NCBI GenBank assembly: GCA_023898585.1
Contig: CP060229.1
Coordinates: forward strand, 381,912-445,911
From: Candidatus Nomurabacteria bacterium
Lineage (GTDB): Bacteria; Patescibacteriota; Minisyncoccia; Phycocordibacterales; UBA918
Direction: 5' to 3'
Length of the DNA stretch: 64,000 nt
Both the position numbers and the translations under genes were made by a program. The notes under the pieces were generated by a model that was given only the letters and a program-made list of their open reading frames with translations, did no database searches and was not told where the DNA came from. Shown piece after piece: positions 55,599 through 64,000 of the stretch. Position 1 is the first letter of the stretch, and every line of letters starts with the position of its first letter.

Positions 55599-56393
55599 AT
55601 GAACAACGGATTTTTTAATACTATACAGATGCGTATTTTTGGTGGTTTGGCGATATTAATGTGTATGATCGCCTTAGCTTCGTATGCCTCTTTAAATTTC
55701 GAGAAGATAGGATTTCTAAACCCCTCTCCCGCTACCATTTCGGTGTCAGGCGAAGGGGAAGTTTTGGCCATTCCGGACATTGGAGAATTTTCATTTTCAG
55801 TAAACGCTAAAGGGGAAACTGCGGTCGTGGCCCAAGAAGAATCGGGGACTAAAATAAACGCTATTTTGACATATCTTAAAGAACAAGGAATTGAAGACAA
55901 AGACATCAAAAATCAAAACTACAACCTGTATCCAAAGTGGCGTTATGAAGAGAGGATTTGCCCCATCGGTTCTTACTGTCCGGGTGGGGAAAGGGTACAA
56001 GACGGTTTTGAAGTGACCCAGACCGTGTCGGTAAAACTGCGAGACACAGACAAAGCAGGGTCAATAGTTTCTGGAGTGGGGGAACTGGGGGCTACTAATA
56101 TCGGCAGTCTTTATTTCACAGTTGATGATACTGAAGGACTGCGTGCTGAAGCCAGAGAGAAAGCTATCAAAGACGCTCAAGAAAAAGCGAAGGTGTTAGC
56201 CGAGCAACTTAGTGTCCGGGTAGTTCGTCTTGTTGCCTACAACGAAGGTGAAGGTTATTACGAACCACAGTATATGAAGACCAGAGTTGCCTCTTATGAC
56301 ATGGCTGAAGAAGAGGGTTTTGGCGGAGCGGAAATGCCGGTTGGGGAAGAGAGCACAAAAGTGGTGGTTAATTTGGTTTACGAAGTACGGTAG
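55599..56393 (+). CDS. SIMPL/DUF541-family protein
   Basis: N-terminal TM. Sequence features of the DUF541 (26-kDa periplasmic immunogenic protein) family. Confidence 0.55.
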   Translation: MNNGFFNTIQMRIFGGLAILMCMIALASYASLNFEKIGFLNPSPATISVSGEGEVLAIPDIGEFSFSVNAKGETAVVAQEESGTKINAILTYLKEQGIEDKDIKNQNYNLYPKWRYEERICPIGSYCPGGERVQDGFEVTQTVSVKLRDTDKAGSIVSGVGELGATNIGSLYFTVDDTEGLRAEAREKAIKDAQEKAKVLAEQLSVRVVRLVAYNEGEGYYEPQYMKTRVASYDMAEEEGFGGAEMPVGEESTKVVVNLVYEVR

Positions 56394-56407
56394 GTGGTTG
56401 GGGTAGA

Positions 56408-56470
56408 GTGGGAATTGTAAAGGGGACGACGCCGTAGGCGTCGACACCTTTACAATTCTCCCAACAAGCG
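56408..56470 (+). terminator. long nested hairpin (gggaattgtaaagg...cctttacaattctccc with inner gacgcc-gtag-ggcgtc)
   Basis: Seen directly. Immediately after the 55599-56393 gene. Confidence 0.55.
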
Positions 56471-56568
56471 TATAATCACTGTAAACAAGCCCCCCGAAGG
56501 GGTTTTAAAAATGAGTAAATAAAAGAAGCTTAAGTAACAAATTTTATCACCCTTTCACCCTTATAAAT

Positions 56569-56760
56569 ATGGATAAACTTACAAAATATTTCCGTGATAC
56601 AGCCATTGAATTAAAGCAAGTATCGTGGCCGACTCAGCACCAGGCGATGCTCTACACCGCTCTCGTCATTGGTATTTCCGCGGTTGTGGCACTGTTTGTA
56701 GCGGCTTTTGACTTCGGTTTTTCTCGAATTATCAGCCTATTCGTTAGTTCAATAGAATAA
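56569..56760 (+). CDS. secE: preprotein translocase subunit SecE
   Basis: 63 aa with single C-terminal TM. ELKQVSWPT motif. Followed by nusG. Confidence 0.8.
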   Translation: MDKLTKYFRDTAIELKQVSWPTQHQAMLYTALVIGISAVVALFVAAFDFGFSRIISLFVSSIE

Positions 56761-56761
56761 T

Positions 56762-57307
56762 ATGGCCAAGCAACACAGCACAGGTGAAAGACATTGGTAC
56801 GCTATTCATACCTACTCTGGTTATGAAAACGCTGTTACTCGAAATCTAAAGCAACGCATCGACTCGCTAAACATGCATGACAAAATCTTCAATGTGGTTG
56901 TACCGACTGAGAAGAAGATTCGCGTCAAGGGTGGCAAAAGGGTAACTGAAGAAGAAAGAATATATCCCGGATACGTCTTGGTGGAAATGATCGTTGATGA
57001 TGAGTCTTGGTTTGTGGTTCGAAATACGCCACGAGTGACCGGATTTGTCGGTAGCGGAACCCAGCCAGTTCCTTTGACCGAGTCTGAATACAACGCTTTG
57101 ATGAAGCAAATGACCAGCGAAACGGTAAAGCACAAAGTCGATTTGAGTGTCGGAGACATGGTCATTATTGCCGATGGTCCGTTCAAGGACTTGGAAGGAA
57201 AGGTAGGTGGGGTAGATGAAGAGAGCGGAAAGGTGAAGGTGCTGGTGTCCATGTTTGGTCGCGACACGCCGGTTGAGCTTGATTTTCTTCAGATCAAGAA
57301 GGTGTAA
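56762..57307 (+). CDS. nusG: transcription termination/antitermination factor NusG
   Basis: NGN domain (WYAIHTYSGYENAV) plus KOW (VGDMVIIADGPFKDLEGKV). Confidence 0.9.
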   Translation: MAKQHSTGERHWYAIHTYSGYENAVTRNLKQRIDSLNMHDKIFNVVVPTEKKIRVKGGKRVTEEERIYPGYVLVEMIVDDESWFVVRNTPRVTGFVGSGTQPVPLTESEYNALMKQMTSETVKHKVDLSVGDMVIIADGPFKDLEGKVGGVDEESGKVKVLVSMFGRDTPVELDFLQIKKV

Positions 57308-57420
57308 TTCCGGGGGCTAAAAACTTGCAAAACGAACATTTCTTTTGTACTCTAACCGGGCTTCTAAAAGTGGCCGTAGTTATGGAATATGGTCGCTATC
57401 ACAACATTAAAATTTAAAAA

Positions 57421-57846
57421 ATGGCAAAAAAACTATTAAAACAAGTAAAAGTGCAAGCGGTTGGTGGAAAGGCTACACCCGCTCCACCGCTTGGTCCGGT
57501 TCTGGGTCAAGCCGGTATCAACATCGGCGAGTTTGTTAATCAGTTTAACGAACAAACGCGTGAACGAATGGGCGAAGTCGTGCCTACCGTCATTAATGTT
57601 TACGACGATCGCAGTTTTGATTTTGTGGTCAAGGTTTCACCGATGTCACGTTTGATTCTGAAGAAGATCGGTAAAGACAAAGGTTCTAGTAAAAATCTAG
57701 TCTCCAGCATCGGTACTATCACTAAAGCTCAGGTAAGAGAAGTGGCCGAACAAAAAATGCCTGATCTCAACGCCGCTTCAATCGAAGCAGCCATGAAGAT
57801 CGTCGAAGGTTCTTGCTACACCATGGGTGTAAAAGTGGTCGACTAG
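57421..57846 (+). CDS. rplK: ribosomal protein L11
   Basis: KVQAVGGKATPAPPLGPVLGQAGINI is canonical L11. Confidence 0.9.
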   Translation: MAKKLLKQVKVQAVGGKATPAPPLGPVLGQAGINIGEFVNQFNEQTRERMGEVVPTVINVYDDRSFDFVVKVSPMSRLILKKIGKDKGSSKNLVSSIGTITKAQVREVAEQKMPDLNAASIEAAMKIVEGSCYTMGVKVVD

Positions 57847-57881
57847 TAACGAGATCACCGCAATCAGCTTTGTCAGGCTGT

Positions 57882-57926
57882 AGAAAAAGACTCGACCGGA
57901 TAACTTTCCCCTTCGGGTCTTTTTCT
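57882..57926 (+). terminator. hairpin agaaaaagac...gtctttttct (10-bp outer stem) after rplK, bidirectional A/U-rich arms
   Basis: Arms are exact reverse complements. Inner GC hairpin with ttcg loop. Confidence 0.55.
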
Positions 57927-57957
57927 TTCTCAAAAACTCGCTATACTTTCTCAAATT

Positions 57958-58665
57958 ATGCAATATATTCCGGTAAAAACTCGTATCCTCAAACCTCCCA
58001 AAGACGATCTTTTTTCGGTTTTAGATGAGTATCTGCCTGTGATAAAAGAAAGAGATGTGGTAGTGATCTCATCCAAAGTAGTGGCAATTGGTGAGGGTAG
58101 ATGTGTCAAAGAATCCGATTTTAATAAAAAAGAACACATCGAAAAAGAAGCGGAAGTCATCATTCCTCGTCCGTATTGGAAAGCGCCACTTACTATAACC
58201 AACCATGTTATGGTTTCGAGTTCCGGAGTTGACCGCAGTAACAGTAATGGCTACTACACTTTACTCCCAGCCGATCCTTTTGCCAGTGCTGAAAAAATAT
58301 GCGCTTATCTAAAAAATCGCTTTAAAATCAGGGATTTGGGAATCATCATTACCGACAGTGTATCTAGCCCTTGTCGTTTTGGAGCGACCGGCCGGGCTAT
58401 CGGTTTCTGGGGCTTTGTTCCACTCAAGAATCACATCGGAGAAAAAGATTTATTTGGAAGGAAAATCAAATATGAGAGAGCCAATCTTGTCGATGGAATC
58501 GCTTCTGGGGCCAACGTACTAATGGGGGAGGTGGCCGAGTGCACTCCAATAGTAATAGCGCGCGGACTTGATAACCTGGAATTCAAAGATGGTAATTTCA
58601 AGAACATACTCTTTTGTTCTTTTGCCGAAGATACTTTTCGGATTTTGTACGAGCGATTTTTGTAG
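57958..58665 (+). CDS. CofE-like (F420-0:gamma-glutamyl ligase family) protein
   Basis: VVVISSKVVAIGEGRCV and TPIVIARG resemble the CofE/FbiB-N family. Assignment is tentative. Confidence 0.4.
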   Translation: MQYIPVKTRILKPPKDDLFSVLDEYLPVIKERDVVVISSKVVAIGEGRCVKESDFNKKEHIEKEAEVIIPRPYWKAPLTITNHVMVSSSGVDRSNSNGYYTLLPADPFASAEKICAYLKNRFKIRDLGIIITDSVSSPCRFGATGRAIGFWGFVPLKNHIGEKDLFGRKIKYERANLVDGIASGANVLMGEVAECTPIVIARGLDNLEFKDGNFKNILFCSFAEDTFRILYERFL

Positions 58666-58839
58666 CAATCCACCCTGTTTATAACCTGTTTATAACTCGC
58701 TTGACAACATCTTAATAAGCGGATCTTTTCTTTATTTTAAGCCATATTTATCCCCACGGAAACGAGTTTTTCGATTGCACAAACTATATAATATAACTAA
58801 CCTCGTCATAATAGACAGGGAGAGGTTAAGAAAATTATT

Positions 58840-61800
58840 TTGTTTACTAAAACGACCGAGTCGTATTTCTTTTCGGTAGCCGTTTCGACAGCGGTTGTTT
58901 GCTGTGTTGCTTTTCTGCTACTTACAATCGGAATAGGCTCCCAATTTGTTCCAACCGCCCACGCCGAACCCACCCCCACCATCAACTACCAAGGTAAGCT
59001 AACCGACACCAATGGCCTCGCAGTCCCTGACGGCACATACAACATGCGCTTTTGGCTACTACAAAGCGAAGCGCAAGCGACCACGAGTGCTCTTTGGACA
59101 GAATCTCTCACCGGTAGCAATAAGGTGCAAGTTACCGATGGTCTATTCTCCATCATGCTTGGTTCCACGAGCGCTCTCACTTCCGTTGACTTCAATCAAA
59201 CCCTCTACCTGGGAGTGGAGATAGGTGGTTCCACCACACCCGCTTGGGACGGTGAAATGTCACCTCGTAAACCACTCGGTACCGTCCCGGCTTCTTTCGA
59301 ATCATACAAACTAGGAGGAGTAGCTTCTTCTTCTTTCGTACGATCAGATGTAGCCGATCTAGTATCCGGTCTACTCACATTCGCTGGAGGTTTTGTCAGC
59401 TCCGCTTCGAGCACAATTACAGATTTATTGTTTAGTAGAGCTACCGGCACAACTTTGGTTGTGACAACGTTGGATGTCGGAGGTGAATCGTTCACTAGTT
59501 TAACCGGTACCGGATTACAAAATGACTCAGGTGTATTAACTATAGCCACTAGTTCTCTAAATATCGCTATTGATGAAACCACCGGAACTTTGGCGGTGGC
59601 GCGAGGGGGTACCGGTAGTACCACCCCAACAGGTTTTCTTTTTGGTAATGGAGCAGGTCTTTTAGATTCAGTCAACTTGATAACAAACAGTTACATTGAA
59701 GACGTCTATCTTAGAAATGACGGTGATGATACTACCAGTGGAAAGCTCACGATTGGTGGAGACACCAACGTATCAGATCCTAACTCCAACCTCGGTGGCT
59801 ACTTCATCAACTCCATGCCGGCCGTTACCGGTTCGACCACTCTCAATAACTTTTTCTTTGCGGGGGCGTCAAGCACCAGCTTTTCCTCTGGCGCAAATAA
59901 CTACGCTTTCGGTGAAGGTGCCCTTACCAATCTGTTGTGGGGAAGTAACAACGTTGCAATTGGTAAAAATGCTCTTTATGCCTCCAGTACGGCAGCCACC
60001 TTCTTTTCAGATAACAATGCCTTCGGTGAAGGTGCGCTTTATGCCATAACAGCTGGTGTCAACAATAACGCTTTAGGAAAAGAAACTCTGACCGCAAACA
60101 CCACTGGTTCAGGTAATAATGCCTTAGGTTATCAAGCGTTAAACTACAACATTACTGGTGGTGGTAACAACGCTTTTGGTACTTGGTCTATGGCTTTTAA
60201 CACTTCCGGTTCTGACAATAATGCTATGGGTGTTCAGTCTCTGTATAACAACACAACAGGCACATACAACAACGCCTTTGGTTACGAAGCGATGAACAAT
60301 AACACCACCGGTTCAAATAACAACGCCTTTGGACAACGAGCCCTTCGTAACGGAAACTACAGCACATACAACAACGCTTTTGGTTATCAAACCATGTTGT
60401 TTAACAGTGTCGGTGCTCACAACAACGCTCTTGGCTACGAAGCTTTGTATAGCAATACTACCGGATCACGTAACAACGCCCTCGGTTACCATACTCTATA
60501 CAACAACAACGGCACCGGCACTATCGCCATCGGCTACCAGACAGCCGACAACGCCACCGGCGTCGACCGCGGTATCTTCATCGGTTACGACATCGACGCC
60601 TTCAGTACCACCGCCGACGATCAGCTCAACATCGGTAACCTTATCTTCGGTAACAACGTCAACGGTACTGGTCAAACCATCAGCTCCGGTAACATCGGTA
60701 TCGCCACTACTTCATCTACTGCTCGCCTCACCGTCCAGTCTACCGGCACCTCCGATATCTTTAATCTCTTTGAAACGGGAGGCAGTGAAGTGTTCACGGT
60801 GTTGGAGAGTGGTAACGTTGGCATCGGCACCTCTTCACCCTTACGCCAAACTCGGCGTAGCCGGTAACCTGGTAGCAACCGGTGTCATCAACACGCAGAC
60901 TAACTCAGCCAACACTTTCGCCGGTCACCTTGACATCAACGGCACCGCCACCTCCACCTTCGCAAACGGCATCGAACTCGAAGGTGGTTGCTTCCGCGAC
61001 CAAAGTGGTACCTGCATCAGCGCTCAAGGTGACACGCAGATAGTAGTCTGCAGCAAACGACACCGACGTCAATCTCAAAGCCTACGCCGACTATGTTGCG
61101 GATGGTACGAACGACCAAGATGAAATCCAGTCTGCTATCGACTACGTCTACGCTAACGGTGGGGGAACCGTTCATCTTCTAGCCGGTACTTTCACCGTTG
61201 GTACCACTACCTACACCGACTCCGCTATCAGACTCGCTACTTTACTCAACTCATTGGACAAGGAGATGCGACCGTCATCAAACTCCGTAACAGCTTCAAC
61301 GCCAACATCTCCATCGTGCACGCGAAAAACGTCCAAGATGTTTACGTTGGACATTTGGCGGTGGATGGAAACAAGGGGAATCAGAGTGGGGGGACGAACT
61401 ATGGTGTACACCTGTACGTCACGGGTTCTAGCACGATCGAAGGAGTCTACTCCTACAACATGCACTCAGTCGGTATTAGGGCTGAAAGTTCATACTATAA
61501 CACAATTACAAATAATATCGTCCGTAACAACATTGACTCCGGTATCACCTCAGATGGAAGTAATACTATTATCAATAACTTCTCTTCAGATAACGGTACC
61601 GGTATTAGGGTTGTTGTTGGTGGACGCGAATTAGTCACCAACAATAGAATTTATGATAACACCACTGGTATTTCTGTGACTGGTTCCGCAAATACTATTT
61701 CTAACAACTACGTATACAGTAACACTGATGGCTTGAAGATAGGAACGCTAGCTGACTGGAACACTGTATCAGGCAATAAATTTGAACTGAACAGCAATTA

Positions 61801-64000
61801 TGGTATTTACATAGACCCCAGTTATTACAACAAACTAACAGATAATCTTTTACTTGGTAACGGATATGGTATTTATACGTCAACCGCTCTTGAACTCGTT
61901 GTTGCCTCAAATGAAATCAGGGGCAACACGACTGCTATTTATTTGAGTAATGGAGGTATAACTGGTGCCGGTAGTAAAGTTACAAACAATTATATCTCTG
62001 ACAACGGTGGCACTGGCGCTACCAGTAGCATTAAATTGGTAAACGAAGACAACGCTCTCATTTCCGGCAACCGCATCTACGACACCGCCGGTTCCGGCTA
62101 CGCTATCGATATAGACGCTGCTTCAAGCAATGTCACCTTGGCCGACAACGTCTACTCCGGCACGGGAGCGACCGCCATCCGCGACCTAAGCTCCAATACC
62201 GAGTACACGGAGCACAACCGCATCACGGTAAACGCCACCGACTCTGACTTTGCTTCTGGCGCATACACCGCGCTTAAAATAACCCAATCCGGTACTGGAG
62301 ACATTGCCAACTTCTTTGATGGCTCCAATGAGGTGCTTACCATCCTTGATGGGGGTAATGTAGGTATTGGCACAACTTCTCCTTCCAGTAAGTTAGAAGT
62401 AAACGGCAACATAACACTTTCTTCCGCTGGCGGAAAAAAAATCACTACTCCGGGAGACGAACTGATACTAGAAAATACTGGAGACACGTTTGGTACGGTC
62501 CAGCTCCTACTTCGTAATCGTAACGGTGCAAATGGAGCTCTGTTTAATAACTTATCACTTGATCTTGTTGATTTTGGGTTCAAAGGTAATTCTGGGTATC
62601 AAAGCAATATTCGTTACGAACACAGATCCGGATATATTCTAGGTGGTTCAGATAATTCAGTGGGCGAATTTCAGCTTATTGATGACGTGGCAGGTACGCC
62701 AAATTACATGTTTACCGTTAACAAAAACGCCTCAGTGTTCCATTCCGGCAACATCGGCATCGGCACCTCCTCACCAAACAGCAAACTAACCATCGCCGGC
62801 AACACCAACGTCTCCAGCTACACCAACCTCCCCGGCTACTTCATCAACAGCATGCCGGCAGTTACCGGTTCTACCACTCTCAACAACTTCTTCTTTGCGG
62901 GGGCGACTTCCAGTAGTTTCTACCTCGGAAGTCATAACTACGCGATGGGAAATGGCGCTCTTACCAACCTCGGTCAAGGAAGCTACAACTTCGCAGTTGG
63001 TGGAAACGCTCTTGCTGGTTCGAGTACGGCTGGTATGCACGGTTCCAGTAACATCGCCCTTGGCTATAGCACTCTTTTTAGTAACGTCTGGGGCGAACAC
63101 AACAACGCTCTTGGTAACGAAGCATTGTATAGCAACACAAACGGTGGAGGTAATAATGCTCTCGGTTACCAAGCTCTTCGCTACAGTACAACCGGTGGAG
63201 CTAACAATGCTCTCGGTTATCAAGCACTCTTCAGTAACGTAACTGGTCACCGTAACAACGCTCTTGGTTACCAAACTCTCTTCTATAACACCACCGGAGC
63301 AGACAATAACGCCATTGGTGACAGCGCACTGTTTGTTAACAGTATCGGTTCACGTAACAATGCTCTTGGTTATAACACCATCTTTAACAACACTGTTGGT
63401 TCCGACAATAACGCAATCGGACATAATGCTTTGTATAGCAATACTACCGGATCACGTAACAACGCCCTCGGTTACCACACTCTATACAGCAACAACGGCA
63501 CCGGCACTATCGCCATCGGCTACCAAACCGCCGACAACGCCCTCTCCGTCGATCGCAGTATCTTCATCGGCTACAACATCGACGCCTTCAGTACCACCGC
63601 CGACGATCAGCTCAACATCGGTAACCTTATCTTCGGTAACAACGTCAACGGTACTGGTCAAACCATCAGCTCCGGTAACATCGGTATCGCCACTACTTCA
63701 TCTACTGCTCGCCTCACCGTCCAGTCTACCGGCACCTCCGATATCCTCAATCTCTTTGAAACGGGAGGCAGTGAAGTGTTCACGGTGTTGGAGAGTGGTA
63801 ATGTTGGGATTGGTGCAAATAATCCTGATGCACGGTTTGTTATAAAAGGGGAAGATGGGGGTGGCCAACCATCCTTCTTAAAGATTCTCGATGAAACCGA
63901 CAGTATAAAATTTCAGATAAACCAATACGGTAATTTCATTGCTAATGCAGGTGGATATTTTTCAGGTTCTGCTGGAACAGCACCACATTCTGCAGCGGTA
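58840..64000 (+). pseudogene. giant surface/tail-fibre-like protein gene, interrupted by three frame breaks. Signal/TM anchor, YadA-head-like 'NNALGYxAL' beta-roll repeats, pectate-lyase-like right-handed beta-helix. Continues past window end.
   Basis: Frame 1 (58840-~60845), frame 2 (~60845-61045), frame 0 (~61047-61250), frame 2 (61220 to window end, open for >900 codons). ~1-kb module duplicated, with a 350-bp ~95% identical core (60481-60830 vs 63461-63810). The frame breaks may be assembly errors. Confidence 0.6.

Noticed and set aside
59205-63274. Minus-strand ORFs 59205..59675, 62152..62583, 62786..63274 and short + ORFs 61254..61634, 62895..63242, 63264..63845
   Set aside because: All lie inside the giant repeat-protein gene, whose correct frames give coherent beta-roll/beta-helix sequence. 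These alternative frames are Ser/Thr/Pro low-complexity artefacts of the repeats.

Overview
A 64-kb low-GC bacterial chromosome segment, probably a small-genome, possibly episymbiotic lineage of the CPR/Patescibacteria type. This lineage call is inferred only from gene content and protein style and is low-confidence. Core genes: ruvX, a tRNA-binding CsaA-like protein, a pilM-pilN-pilO-like type IV pilus cluster, acylphosphatase-uppS-rluA-family, rplS, secE-nusG-rplK, mscL, and class I RNR. The RNR has an ATP-cone fused to NrdB and a cone-less NrdA. Metal homeostasis genes: a DtxR/MntR regulator with Zn/Mn ABC-importer genes, and a CsoR-CopA-HMA membrane protein-cupredoxin copper operon. Also present: a two-component pair, two NUDIX hydrolases and an Hsp20. 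Four tRNAs are present: Arg-TCT, Val-TAC, Leu-GAG, His-GTG. Two IS elements are present. One is an IS1595/IS1-like element beside tRNA-Arg with a homopolymer frameshift at its start. The other is an IS481-family element. The most unusual region is about 34.4-49.4 kb. Reading right to left: tRNA-His is fully overlapped by the 3' end of a large serine recombinase gene. Next come a Prim-Pol/D5-like primase-helicase and a terminase-small-subunit-like gene. This is a PICI/phage-satellite-like gene set with no capsid or large terminase. Then follow a Ser/Thr kinase with a TPR protein, a 2.6-kb markedly GC-rich island of three genes that looks foreign, and three SAM-methyltransferase domains. The island is bracketed and interrupted by a duplicated ~120-bp module, a conserved block plus terminator hairpin, with an embedded small ORF that looks conserved at codon level. 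An intergenic tract with inverted and tandem repeats lies next to the methyltransferases. The window ends in a giant repeat-rich surface or tail-fibre-like gene with YadA-like beta-roll repeats and a right-handed beta-helix. This gene has a ~1-kb internal duplication and three frame breaks within ~400 bp.
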